DNA from: Squatina squatina
Taxonomy: Eukaryota
DNA length: 38,381 nt
Direction of reading: 5' to 3'
Assembly (NCBI GenBank): GCA_031763465.1
Contig: JARFOE010000016.1
Coordinates: forward strand, 9,991,026-10,029,406
A model generated the notes under the pieces. It worked only from the letters and a program-made list of their open reading frames with translations, did not search any database and was not told the origin of the DNA. The position numbers and the translations under genes are program-made. Below are positions 1-11,534 of the stretch, in pieces (position 1 is the first letter of the stretch; each line of letters starts with the position of its first letter).

Positions 1-183
1 CAGTCTCACTATCGTACAACACTTCAACTGTGAAGCCTCTGCAAACACCAATCTCAGACACAGCACCCATTAACAACACTCTGCTACAGTCCTCATCAGT
101 ATCTTATTCCAGTGTGCATCCCTGTTGGGAATTTGCTCGGTTAGTGTTTCTCGATATTACAGTACATAGCAGAGTTTCACCAT

Positions 184-1157
184 GTTATAGTCCCCGTCGG
201 GATTTAACGTCCGTTACAGTCCCCGTCGGGATTTAACGTGCGTTACAGTCCCCGTCGGGATTTAACTCCCGTTGCGGTCCCTGTCGGGATTTAACGTCCG
301 TTACAGTCCCTGTCGGGATTTCACATCCGTTACAGTCCCTGTCGGGATTTAACGTCCATTACAATCCCTGTTGGAATTTAACATCCGTTACAGTCCCTGT
401 TGGGATTTAATGTCCGTTGCAGTCTCTGTTGGAATTTAACGTCCACTACAGTCCCTGTAGGGATTTAACGTCTGTTACAGTGCCTGTTGGGATTTAACAT
501 CCTTTACAGTCCCTGTTGGGATTTAACACCTGTTACAGTCCCCATTGGGATTTAACTCCCGTTGCAGGCCCCATCGGGATTTAAGTCCGGTTCAAGCCCG
601 TCGAGATTTAACGTCCATTACAGGCCCCATTGGGATTTAACGTCCATTACAGGCCCCGTCGGGATTTAACGTCCGTTACTGTTCCTGTCGGGATTTAACT
701 CCCGTTACAGTCCCTGTCGGGATTTAATCCCCGTTAGAGTCCCTGTTGAGATTTAATATCTGTTACAGTCCCTGTCGGGATTTAACTCTCGTTACAGTCC
801 CTGTTGAGATTTAAGCCCTGTTATAGTCCCTGTTGAGATTTAATTCCCGTTTCAGTTCCTGTTGGAACTTAAGTCACTTTACATTCCCTGTTGGGATTTA
901 AGTCCTGTAACAGACCCTGTTGAAATTTAACCTCCGTTGCCGTCCCTGTTGGGATTTAGTGTCTGTTGCAGTCCCTGTTGGGATTTAAGTCCTGTTGCAG
1001 TCCCTGTTGGGATTTAAATCCTGTTACAGGCCCTGTTGGAATTTAACGTCCGTTGCCGTTCCTGTTGGAATTTAACGTCCGTTGCCGTTCCTGTTGGGAT
1101 TTAACGTCCGTTGCAGTGCCTGTTGGGATTAAACTCTGTTACACACTGTCAGGATTT
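184..1157. repeat. 29-bp minisatellite, about 33 copies, consensus CGGGATTTAACGTCCGTTACAGTCCCCGT
   Basis: Head-to-tail units (cgggatttaa at 198 and 227, period 29) with no unique spacers. Variation is mainly CpG-to-TpG. Confidence 0.95.
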
Positions 1158-1577
1158 TGCTCTGTTGAGTTCTCAGTCTAAGTGAATTCGTATTTTTCTG
1201 TACAAGCTCATGTTCTCCAAGCTCCCTTTGTCAAGCAAGCTCCTCTCATTCTGATGGACCACTATATGAGAGAAAGTGTAAAGAAAGTCAGATACTACCT
1301 TGTGCTGACTCTGCCATATCTGGTGGGTGGCCAGAAGGAGCTCCATTATTTCCAGCTCTCACAGGTAGGCCTGTGATTGTGATTACCCTCACACACCAGG
1401 TCACTCAGTGGAGCTGGGCTGGGCTAGTAAAGGAACACAGCCAATCTGTGCCATTCTTATGAAGCTCCAAGCATAGACCCACAATGCATAGAGGCCCATC
1501 ATCTGCCATGCCCACTCTAATGGCCCAGAGATGGCATATGGGACAGGGAAAACAAACAAACACAAGATCTGCCGTAC

Positions 1578-1713
1578 CTGCATGCGGAAAAGGTCATCAG
1601 GGGTTTCTCCAACAAGACCGTCTGTGAGGATGACGAGGTTTCCAACCTCACTGGATGTCTGTGAGGATAGTGAGGATGAGGAGTGCCTATTAGAGCCAAG
1701 CAGGTTCAGTGGG
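1578..1713 (-). CDS. DOCK3: DOCK3 coding exon (about human exon 48), C-terminal Ser-rich region
   Basis: Encodes (S)PLNLLGSNRHSSSSLSSQTSSEVGNLVILTDGLVGETPDDLFRMQ, resembling recalled human SPMNLMGTGRHSSSSLSSHASSEAGNMV. Flanks ctcctcag| and |gtacgg, 136 bp. Confidence 0.9.
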
Positions 1714-2196
1714 CTGAGGAGATCAATGAAATAGAATATTACTTTACATTCAGCCAGTCCAGTCCAGTCCCAGCATTCCCAATGTGACTGCCCCTTGTGT
1801 CTAAGCAAGCACATCACACGCACTCCCACCACAGAACTATCACAGACACTACCCATCCATTTAATCCCTTCAAAGAAAGTTCTCTGTAAATCCTATATGA
1901 TTCNNNNNNNNNNNNNNNNNNNNNNNNNNNNNNNNNNNNNNNNNNNNNNNNNNNNNNNNNNNNNNNNNNNNNNNNNNNNNNNNNNNNNNNNNNNNNNNNN
2001 NNNCCCTGTAGATAGTACGTATTCATTAGAGGGGGTTTTACTCTGCATCTAACTGTGCTGTGGCTACTCTGAGTGCACCTGAAGTGAGCAACCTTGATGA
2101 GCACAAAATGAACATAATGTAAAAAAACAGATTTAACGGTTGCCTTAAGTACATTCATTCAAACCTGACCATACAGTCAGTGGAACCGATACTCAC

Positions 2197-2313
2197 GTGG
2201 CAAAGGCTGGACCTCATCACTTGGAACTGATCTATCAGCTTCTTATGCAGAGGTCGCATTTCTGGATGCACTAATTTCTCATGCATTGTGAGTCCTACTC
2301 CAAGGATATGAAC
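2197..2313 (-). CDS. DOCK3: DOCK3 coding exon (about exon 46), end of DHR-2
   Basis: VHILGVGLTMHEKLVHPEMRPLHKKLIDQFQVMRSSLCH. Flanks ccccag| and |gtgagt, 117 bp. Confidence 0.95.
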
Positions 2314-2559
2314 CTGGGGACAGGAACGACACAGGTTATGCTGGCCATTAAGGAGCCAACCTGGGAAAACTATATGCGCTAAACTCCACTATGAGCCCGA
2401 TCATTGCCATCCACTTTATTTGTGGAATTTTTCATTCTCTTCCTCAGTCAGTTCACCCTGCAACTTGAACTAGTTTTCTGGAGGCCTTCATTGCTGTCCT
2501 GGTTGAGGTACACTGAGTTAGAGTTAGACATTAGTGTGCAAAAAATAGTACAAAATATC

Positions 2560-2880
2560 TTCCCTCGGTTTCATCCTTCCTTTCCAAAAGATGTTGGGCA
2601 TAGTTCCTCATACAGGAATGTCTGCTGACTATTTTACTGTGTGAGGAATTACAGCTGAGCCTTGTCCCACCAGAAGGCTACACACTTGGACTTTTCAGAA
2701 GAAGTCACTTCATCATGATCAGGAGAGGGACTATAAATTTTCCCCTCACTAGCTTAGGAAAACTGCGGCCAATCACAGCACTGTAACCACCATCCCACTG
2801 AGATCAGCTCACAGCACAGATTAGGGTGAAATCTGGGGCATTCCTGGTCTGCACGGCTCAGCAGTGCAGCGGGCTAACTG
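2560..2880 (-). mobile_element. tRNA-derived SINE, family with ctgtgctgagttagctgatctcagc core (degenerate)
   Basis: Contains ctgagatcagctcacagcacag, the reverse complement of the core shared with copies at 18145 and 26045. Confidence 0.6.
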
Positions 2881-3828
2881 AACCAGCAGGGAACCTTTCA
2901 AAACGTAGTTACAAATCGACTTGCTTCTGTGGGATGTGTTGACATCCTGTGAGCTGTCATGAAGTGGTCAGCACATGTTCACACCCGTGGGTTTCCCCAC
3001 ACAGCAAACTCCCAATCTCAGTAGTGTCGCCACAGGGAGTTGGGGAGTGGAGTGCAGCAAGACACTGGAAAAGGGTTTTTAAAAAAAGAGCGATAAAATA
3101 AAATAAATGATCCCCTCTTTTGTTTACCATGTTCTGTTGATATTTCTTGAATCATTTAGTTTAAACTGTGTCTTGATTAGGGTACTGGTTTGAAGCAGTT
3201 CCTGATCCACGTAAGACAGGTTTTGGCAACGTGGACACTTTTCAAATATTCATTAAAAAAATATAGATAGCTATCTCCCACAGATATACCCACAGCCCAG
3301 CTGGCTTGGCGGTACAGTTTGGATTACTACCACAGCTCTTACTCCAGTTGACATGGTGACACAGGCTGGTACTCTGAATCCCTTTTCGGCTGATGGGCTG
3401 GAACAGNNNNNNNNNNNNNNNNNNNNNNNNNNNNNNNNNNNNNNNNNNNNNNNNNNNNNNNNNNNNNNNNNNNNNNNNNNNNNNNNNNNNNNNNNNNNNN
3501 NNNNNNTCCTCATTAAAATAGTGGATAGGTGAATGTGATATGAGCGTGCTAAGTGTTTACTGCAGTGAGATCTCCAGACTAATCATCCCAGACCCCAATA
3601 AGCTCACAATTCACACTAAAAGAAAGTGGAGGATGTGAAGAGAACAGCATACATGTAAAATCATTCAGTTTGCTTTTGAGACCCAGCCATTAATTACAAT
3701 AGTCCTGAAAAATCAGAACTGGAGTCAGAAGTACTGCAGAAACCTCAGTTGCTTATGATTATCAGGGATGAGATGGCTCTGGTTCACTATCTGACTGCAA
3801 ATCTAGCCTTGCTCCAGCTGACCCTTAC

Positions 3829-4008
3829 CTCCTGGTATCTGGCTATTCCTCCATTGACGGCTGCATCTATCACTCCATTCAGACACATGCTGAGCAGGTT
3901 AATGTTGGCGTGCAGCTGCTTGTGCTGGTACTGGCTGATGAGAGTCCGTAGCTCCTGGTTTTTGTTCTCCACAACATAGATGGCGTTTTCCAGGGGGCTC
4001 ACCTCCAC
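3829..4008 (-). CDS. DOCK3: DOCK3 coding exon (about exon 44), DHR-2 lobe C with nucleotide-sensor motif
   Basis: VEVSPLENAIYVVENKNQELRTLISQYQHKQLHANINLLSMCLNGVIDAAVNGGIARYQE, including the GVIDAAVNGG motif. Flanks gcag| and |gtaagg, 180 bp. Confidence 0.97.
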
Positions 4009-4035
4009 CTGCCACAAACCAATGATAAAACATAA

Positions 4036-4250
4036 CAACAACTTGCATTAATATAGTGCCTTAATATGGTAAAATGTTTCAAGGCACTTCACAAGAGGTT
4101 TTCAGGAGCACCTTAAAGGAGGAGAGAGGTGGAAAAGTTGAGGGAAGGAATTCCAGAGCTTAGAGCTCAGGCACGGAGCGATTAAAATCGGGGCTGCATA
4201 AGAGGCCAGACTTGGAGGAGCACAGAGAGCTTGGAGGGTTGTAGGTCTGG
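4036..4250 (-). mobile_element. L2-clade LINE 3' end (degenerate)
   Basis: Minus strand reads KLWNSFP (L2 C-terminal LWNSLP-like), followed by an L2-type tail ggcactatattaatgcaagttgttg. Confidence 0.65.
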
Positions 4251-4354
4251 AGGAGCTTGGATCCAGCTCTGGCTGATGGGATGAGTCTCCTTTCTCTGCA
4301 AATGTTAGGGTCCTACAGTTAAAATGAAATGGTGGTCTCATCTCAGCTCTTAGA

Positions 4355-5156
4355 GGGTAAATGAATCCATCTCAACCTCCCTGTTCGCTCCAAGGTCCCT
4401 GAACATGTTGTCACCGACTGGATCTGTGCCCATTTCTCCTGTGACTCACTGTTTGAATCCCACCAATTAGGTTTCTGCACATCCCCTAATACCAAAATAG
4501 TCCTAACCAAAGTCACAAGCAACCATCTGCCCCAAGGATCAGTCCTTGGCCCCTTTCTTTTATTAATCTACATGCTGCCCTTAGCATCATCATTTGTTGC
4601 TATTAGGACATATCCATGCTGATAGCTCTACCTCTCCAGCACCTCACTTGACCCCTCCACCAGCACTGTTTTGGCAGATGGCTCATTTTGGATGAACTGT
4701 GACTTCCAGCTAAACGTTGGGAATACCAAAGCCATCATCTTCGGCCCCTGTCACAAATTTCATGATCCTGCTACTGACTCCAACCGCCTTCCCCTCTACT
4801 GTCTCAGACAGATGCAGAATCTTTGTAATGTTGGTGAGCTGTTCAAATCCAAGCTGAGTTTCCATCTCATAACCTCTCGATCACAAAAACCACACGGTTC
4901 CATCTCCACAATATTGCCAGCTACTGTCCCTTCTTCACCCGATATTCCACTGAAATCCTTCTTCAGACTCGGTCACTCCAAAGTTCTCCTGACTATCCTC
5001 ACATCCACCACTCCCGATAAACTTCAGCACATCCAAAACTCTAATGCTCATATAACCTAGTTGGCGCCAAGTCCCACTCACCCATCATCCCCATTCTCAT
5101 TGACCTCCATTGGTCCCCAGTTCTCCCAACACCTCACATTTTAAATTCTCCTCCTT
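4355..5156 (+). mobile_element. L2-clade LINE reverse-transcriptase fragment (decayed)
   Basis: PQGSVLGPF..IYMLPL RT motif near 4531, LNVGNTKAIIFGP, KLQHIQN, and a terminal ttttaaattctcctcctt segment (FKILLL-like). Frameshifted, and cut at 5157 by a TIR element. Confidence 0.8.
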
Positions 5157-5292
5157 GGGCGCCCAATTGGCACTCCGGCGCTAGCATTAAATGGGTGTAG
5201 AACGGGCGCTAGGGGTCTAATGCCCGTTTTTGGCGCTAGATTAAAATTTGCAAAATTGGCCTCAGTTTAACGCCGGTGCTAAATGGGGGGCA
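5157..5292. mobile_element. PIF/Harbinger-like non-autonomous element, left arm (runs into gap)
   Basis: Begins gggcgcccaatt, the exact reverse complement of the terminus aattgggcgccc at 13035-13046. CpG-rich and interrupts the L2 fragment. Confidence 0.55.
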
Positions 5293-5392
5293 NNNNNNNN
5301 NNNNNNNNNNNNNNNNNNNNNNNNNNNNNNNNNNNNNNNNNNNNNNNNNNNNNNNNNNNNNNNNNNNNNNNNNNNNNNNNNNNNNNNNNNNN

Positions 5393-5490
5393 ATCTTGGT
5401 TAGGACTGTTCAGTCATCTCAGAACCCACAACTCCGGAGTGGAAGCAAGTCATCCTCGACCTCGAGAGACTGCCGAAGAAGGAGATCTTT
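5393..5490 (+). mobile_element. RTE-clade LINE 3' end
   Basis: SWLGLFSHLRTH (RTE C-terminal motif), then a short 3' UTR gtcatcctcgacctcgagagactgcc and a gaa-repeat tail. Confidence 0.7.
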
Positions 5491-5610
5491 GCAGTAAAGG
5501 TAGGTACAATAAATTTTTTGTCCTAATAAATACTTGTTCCAGATTCATTTGTTTAGAAGGAATAGTTTTGAGCAGCCTGCGGCCCTACTGCACAGCTTTG
5601 CATTACATAC

Positions 5611-5697
5611 CCGGATCCAGCTGAGACTGTGGTAATCATAGAAGATTTCGTACTGACTGGCCAGCTCCCGGCAGAGAGGGATTCCATACTCCCAACA
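5611..5697 (-). CDS. DOCK3: DOCK3 coding exon (about exon 39), DHR-2 lobe A
   Basis: CWEYGIPLCRELASQYEIFYDYHSLSWIR. Flanks tcag| and |gtatgt, 87 bp. Confidence 0.95.
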
Positions 5698-5850
5698 CTG
5701 AGGAAAAGAATATAATTAACAGTCAGTTCAAATTAAATATAGAAATGTTTGAGGGGGGCATTGGAAAAAAGACCAGTTTCCAACAGTGTTCTTGTATTCA
5801 GGGTAATTTACAGATTGTGAAGAGACAATGGGCCTTGAGTACAGCTATGC

Positions 5851-6282
5851 TAAGGGTGTCCAAACTGCAGCCCCCGAGCCCTGGTAGGCCAGGTAACTTC
5901 TACTTATAATTATATTTCTTATTCGCCAGTTTGTGCTGTTTGAATTTTGTAAATCCTAAATTTATCCTTCAACCACCACCTAACGCAGGTGATTGGGTCA
6001 TTTATCATTGCTGTTTGTGGGAGCTTGCTGTGCGCAAACCGGCTACTGTGTTTCCTACATTACAACAGTGACTCCACTTCAAAAATAATTCATTGGTTGT
6101 AAAGCGCTACAGGATGTCCTGAAGTTGTTAAAGGTACTATATGAATGCATTTCTTTTCTTTCATAAATCAGAATCAAGCAGCCACAGCTTGTGACACATG
6201 CAAATTAATAGGAACATTTGCTGAGTCTCTGTGGTTACGTTCCAAATTGGTCCTCAAAGGCCATAAAGCTTGGACACTCCTG
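5851..6282. mobile_element. hAT (Charlie-like) non-autonomous element with nested SINE
   Basis: TIRs taagggtgtccaaact and agcttggacactcctg. Imperfect 8-bp flanks agctatgc and agatatag. Confidence 0.6.
5985..6162 (+). mobile_element. Deu-domain SINE 3' half (SacSINE1-like) with L2-type tail
   Basis: cattgctgtttgtgggagcttgctgtgcgcaaa...acattacaacagtgact...gtaaagcgct...aaaggtactatat. The same block recurs at 22437, 35650 and 38248. Confidence 0.75.
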
Positions 6283-6371
6283 AGATATAGGAAGGAAAGC
6301 TATTTAAATTACAGGTCAGTGTAGAGAGAGGCTCCCTGATGGGTGTCCTAGCAAAACCAGCATGCAATTAA

Positions 6372-6505
6372 GCTAAAAAGAGATAATGCTAGAAACACTC
6401 AGCAGGTATGGCAGCATCTGTGGAGAAAGGAAGGTAGGCATAACGTTTCAGGTCAATAACCTTTTGTCAGAAACTTCCAGCATCTGCGATATTTTGCTTT
6501 TCATT
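6372..6505 (-). mobile_element. Penelope-like terminal repeat with degenerate hammerhead motif and inverted tail
   Basis: Homologous to 33940-34084 in reverse. Minus-strand core ctgacaa-a-aggtt-att-gacct-gaaacgtt. Segment 6475-6505 is the same repeat tail in the opposite orientation. Confidence 0.7.
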
Positions 6506-6745
6506 TTATTACGCAACTGAACTATATAGATTGTAAGGTCCCAGGATCTGGGTTAGTTAATCAGCCGAGGTGGTATTAGGGATGCTACAATTGGCCATGG
6601 CCGGGATGCCCACACGACTGATATTCATCCTCTAATCAAGGTGCTGGGGGGACGCCTGGTGCTGGTGCAGTCTGACTGCGGCAAGGGTCAGCAGTGTCAG
6701 GGGAAGAGGCAGAAATCAGTAACTCTTCTCGCTCCTCCAATGTAG

Positions 6746-7066
6746 TGATAAAGAGATAGACAAAGATAGAGAGATAGAGAGGCAAACAGAGAGATAGAGA
6801 GGCAAACAGAGAGAGAGAGAGAGACAGACAGACAGAACGAGAGCAACAGAGAGAGCTAGAGAGAGACAGACACAGAGACTGAGAGAGAGAGAGAGACAGA
6901 GAGGCTGAGAGAGAGAGAGACAGAGAGAGCTAGAGAGAGACAGACAGAGAGACTGAGAGAGAGACAGAGAGCGAGAGAGACAGACAGAAAGGGAGAGCCA
7001 GATAGTGATAAAGGGATAGAGAGAAAAAGAGCGAGAGGAGAGAGAAAGAAAAAAGAGATAGACAGG
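6746..7066. repeat. (GA)n/(GACA)n/(GATA)n compound microsatellite
   Basis: Purine-rich low-complexity run of gaga, gaca and gata units. Confidence 0.95.
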
Positions 7067-7633
7067 CAAAGTCAGATTTACAAACAAATAGGGTGTGTAA
7101 AACAACAGTATCCTCTCTGGGGTGACGTCAAACATCACCAAATAGTGATTATGGCTTTTCCTCTTTTCTACACCCTCCCAAAAAAACCATTAACTCTTCA
7201 CTGGAATACCATTCCAAGGGCACAGGGTGTCCTGTTTCCTCACGCATGTAATTTTTTTTTGAAAATGTGTGAACCAAGGCAGTGAATGTCAGCAAGCTAT
7301 TCGACTGTGGAGACATCACAGCACCACCTGATCTTGTGCTCAACCAGTGTCCATACACAAAGTTTACAGTTACTGAACAGTGCCAGGCAGCAGGAACCCT
7401 GGCTGATTCTGCGCTCCCTAGGTCCATTGCAGAGGTGCACTGGTGAGTTAGTGAAGCAGGACAGTCTCATCTAGACAGTCTCACCTAGATGGAATTATCC
7501 GGCATGTTTGGTGAAGTGGGTTGGGATAGGTAANNNNNNNNNNNNNNNNNNNNNNNNNNNNNNNNNNNNNNNNNNNNNNNNNNNNNNNNNNNNNNNNNNN
7601 NNNNNNNNNNNNNNNNNNNNNNNNNNNNNNNNN

Positions 7634-7952
7634 CCCTCGCTGGCGTCCCTGGTGGCCCAGTGGTGGCCGCCGGGGCACCATCAGCGTGGCCGGCCACACG
7701 CGTGACATCAGCACGCAGCGATGCAGACACGGCGCACTGACATCACTAGTGTGGAGCTAATGCCACACCAGTGACGTTCCTGGCCGGCCGCCCCAGTCCC
7801 ACCCCGAAGCGAGGCCGACATCGCTGTCCCTCGCTCCTGCCATGGAACACCTAATTCCACAGCAGACGAGGGAGGGTTCGGGAGCCGGTGTGAAAAATGC
7901 CGACTCCCGCCCCGCTACCACCCCGGAAACGTCTGGGCTGAATTGCCCGCCC
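7634..7952. mobile_element. GC-rich PIF/Harbinger-like element, right arm
   Basis: CpG-rich block starting at a gap and ending sharply at gaattgcccgccc, the GGG-n-AATT terminal pattern shared with other arms in the window. Confidence 0.5.
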
Positions 7953-8074
7953 AGTATACACTCATGAAGTAATAAAACTGGCAGTGTATCACTGCTGAAA
8001 ATAAAGCGGTAACCGGCAATTGACCATTGTTATGGTAAGATTTCACAAACATGAATTTTCTCTCCCGCATCTAC

Positions 8075-8170
8075 CTGTAGTCCAGTAGTCGCTCCATTAG
8101 GCGAGTTACTGACAATACGAAGGAAACACCAGTCTCTCTCCATGTTTCTTGTTCAATCTTCTCTAATAAG
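8075..8170 (-). CDS. DOCK3: DOCK3 coding exon (about exon 35)
   Basis: (S)LLEKIEQETWRETGVSFVLSVTRLMERLLDYR. Flanks cacag| and |gtagat, 96 bp. Confidence 0.95.
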
Positions 8171-9858
8171 CTGTGAACACAAGGAAACGGAAAGCAATGA
8201 GTGTCCCCTGCTGACAGCAAACCTCACCAAGCGCAGCCTGCTGTCATTTCNNNNNNNNNNNNNNNNNNNNNNNNNNNNNNNNNNNNNNNNNNNNNNNNNN
8301 NNNNNNNNNNNNNNNNNNNNNNNNNNNNNNNNNNNNNNNNNNNNNNNNNNTTTGCACATACACAGTAACATTTCTTTTGGAGGAGGGAGGAAGGGGGTTG
8401 ACAGCCAAGCAAAACGGCCCAAGTGCTGGTAAACTTAGTGTCCCTTGTGTAAGATCAGAGCAACTCAGGAAAGTAATTAATCTTCCTGCAGTCCTCCCAT
8501 ACACAACATTTGCAATTGGCTCTGAGTGACTGGTGTGTTTCTTGGGCTTATCAACCAGATTGTGTGGAGCAGGCCTCGTTTGTATGAAAATGAAGACCTG
8601 ATGAGCCTTACACACAGTTGATGTGCAAGCTCCTAATGCCCTAAGTGCTGGCTGTCTGCATTGTCCTACACACAGTGCATTGAGGACAGCGTACGTATCA
8701 GGTCCAAACACCTCATACAGGCCCAAGCACCCAAAGCCCACAGCACTTTGGGTGCCACTAGACACACTATCAGCTCCACTGTGCCACATGATTATGAATG
8801 GCATGATGATCCCAATATATCATTTATGTGTCATATTGTCATAAACATTGTGTTTTCCGCCTTCCCCTACAATAAAAGGTTTTGCCAAACAAAAAGCACC
8901 AAAATTGCAATTCTGCAGCCATAGGGATCATGGTACCATTTCCAGTTATAAATTAAAACCCATAATCACTCTGCTGAGTGGGAACACACAAAAGGACTGG
9001 AAATATAGATTGGTTTGGAAAAACAGAGGGAGAAAGGATCCCCAATGTTCCTGCATCAGATCCCAAGCCCCAACTACCTTTGATTTTCAGTTCTTTGCTG
9101 TGTGTTTCTTTTCTTTCTCTCTCCTATGTTTCACTTTGCTTTATACAGTCAGTCCTCCAGTTAATGCACATATACTTATTGTTTCTTCCTCCTCTGTTGG
9201 CTTAGCGCTGCTTCTTTCTTAACTCCTTGCCATCACAGACCTGCAAATGTGCTGGAATTGGAGGAAACAGTGGACTGATTTACAGGAGAAGCAGTTATCC
9301 CTTGCTGTACTACAGACATCATACTGTGGTGGAATTCACACCAGTGTAGAGTCACTCCCTTATTATTCCAAAACATAAAATAGAAATAATAATGCAGCCA
9401 TAGGAATCATGCCATTTTCTGTATTGAAAAGTTTCCTGTATCCCTTTTCTGATGAAGAGTTTTCATGAACTGTTACATAGCTTTCTCTTTATGACGATGG
9501 TGTGACTTTTGGGCTGTTTTTATTTCCGATTTTTAACATTTGTTTTTTTTTCCTACCGCCAGAAATATAACTCCGAATTTTATGGAAATCAAGGCCTTTT
9601 CGCCTGCTGATTCAATTACACATTACTGATAAATAAGAAATAAAAATATACTGTGCCTGTGTTGTTTTTTCAAAACTCCAGCCATGGATGTTTGATGGAA
9701 ATAATAAGCAGTAATCTCACAATTTAGCAGAGGAAGACAAACTCAGTTTCTATATTTTGCTTTAGCACTAATGAGGTACAGTGGACTATATTTGTGTGTA
9801 GGTACATTCTAGATCACACTGGAACACAAGTGTTCCTGAAATGGTGCGGCCAACTTAC

Positions 9859-9953
9859 TTGCTGGTTAGTAGTCTCATCACCATCCAGTCACGTGGGTAC
9901 ACACTCAGCTTCATTAAATTACGGAACACGCAGAATATTTTTAATAAGAAATC
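9859..9953 (-). CDS. DOCK3: DOCK3 coding exon (about exon 28)
   Basis: DFLLKIFCVFRNLMKLSVYPRDWMVMRLLTS. Flanks ctctcag| and |gtaagt, 95 bp. Confidence 0.95.
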
Positions 9954-11257
9954 CTGAGAGAAATAGGAAGACATGAAGTGACTTGGTGAGTTAACTCTAA
10001 AGTATCAGTGTCAGCCCTTTACTAAGAAGCTAGTTCTCTTTGTTTAGTCGGAGCCTTGGTATGATCAATGCTATGAGGAATCCAACTATAAGAACTTCAG
10101 TGGACAACAAAACCAGACAGCCCAAAGTTAACTCAGGAATGCTGGCTACAAGTCATCAAACAGGGGGCTTGTTTAGCCTGTCAGGAATACTGTGAACTAT
10201 TTTACGGCACTCAGGCAGAGAGTCAGACAGCAAGGAGTACACCCANNNNNNNNNNAAAGTGCCTGACAGGACATGGGATATACAAACACAGAGCTGCACA
10301 GAAGGGAGCACTCTCAACCTGCAGGGAGGACAACTAATCAGTATAACCAATTGACCGGCATAGGCGATTTCCTATATCTACATTGCTGATGGAGCTGCTT
10401 AAAATGAAAGTAATGCTCCACTAAGTTTAAAACCAATAGAAAAATAAAATCACCAACATTAAATGGTCCAAGAGATTGTACCAGTGACAAGCTGTTGAGG
10501 AATAAAAGAACACTTTTTAGGTTCCTATGATTTATACATTTTATTTATAATCTACATGGGGTGGAAAGGTCGACAAGTCTGAGCTCTCGAGGCTGTAGAA
10601 ATGCGAATAGAAGTAAACGGAAATGCTGCAGCATGAACCAGTAGGGAGTATGCCCGACTCGCCACGCAGTCAAAATAAATCCTCAAATTACTAAAAGGAG
10701 AAACAATCCTTGTTGCCTCTCGTTATATTTTGATGATGTACCATTTCACCCATGTCATCATATTATGGCAACCACACAACTATTGTGCTGCAGCCTTAGG
10801 TGCAGGACAAAGCTCTTTTTTACTCTGTCCCACCAATCTCAACCTCATGAGTTTCTCGACCTCTACTGTACCAATGACATGTACATTTTCAACACTAGCC
10901 ACGCTCAGCAAAATAAATCAATTCAGTAGAAACTATGTGCAATTTTGTGCACAATGCATTGAGTGAAATTGGGAAAATAAGGGTGACTCATGAACCACTA
11001 CATAACAACTATTACCTATAATAATAAAGGTGCAAGTCTGGCTTGGGCTTACTTTGGTTCCAGTATTGCACCATAGCAACAGTACATGCCTGATCATGTA
11101 AGCCAGCGCTGTCAACCAATTTGATCTACGGTACCCACATAAAACATTGGAGAAAGAAATGAATGCAGTTATGGTATTTTCACCACTTTTTTGTAAAAAC
11201 ATGTTTCGGGTGAAAAAGATCCACCACATGACCTTAAAAAGAAATGAAAAGCATACA

Positions 11258-11534
11258 TAGGACCGGGACTGATGTACTCAGGGGGCTGTTTGCTAGTGCT
11301 GTCCGGGAGGGTTTAAACTAGAAAGGCAGGGGGATGGGAACCTGAGCAGGGAGACAGAGGAGGGGGAAACAAGGATAGAAACGAAAGACAGGAAACAAAA
11401 AGACAAAAGTGAAAGGCATAGAAATCAAGGGCGAGAAACAAACAGGGCCATAGTGCAAAATAATGCTAAGAAGACTAAGAATGTTAAAAAGACAAGCCTA
11501 AAGGCATTGTGTCTCAATGCGCGGAGTATTCGCA
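11258..11534 (+). mobile_element. CR1 LINE fragment: ORF1 end and start of ORF2 endonuclease
   Basis: GTDVLRGLFASAVREGLN* (esterase-type ORF1 end), then LKALCLNARSIR (APE motif I). Runs into the 963-N gap. Confidence 0.85.

Noticed and set aside
184-1157. CRISPR array (29-bp palindromic repeats)
   Set aside because: Units are contiguous with no unique spacers, there are no cas genes, and the context is a vertebrate intron.
1386-1424. Possible small extra DOCK3 exon (tag|CCCAGCCCAGCT...G|gtaatc)
   Set aside because: The peptide PSPAPLSDLVCE does not match the recalled downstream DOCK3 sequence, and the splice signals are unremarkable.
6716-7141. 141-aa Leu/Ser-rich ORF
   Set aside because: It is the translation of the GA microsatellite.
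7461-7488. 14-bp tandem duplication acagtctca(t/c)ctag
   Set aside because: An ordinary small duplication with no associated element.
8400-8435. Possible DOCK3 27-nt microexon (LTQLFGPYPS)
   Set aside because: Only an LGPF resemblance, with no fitting splice sites.
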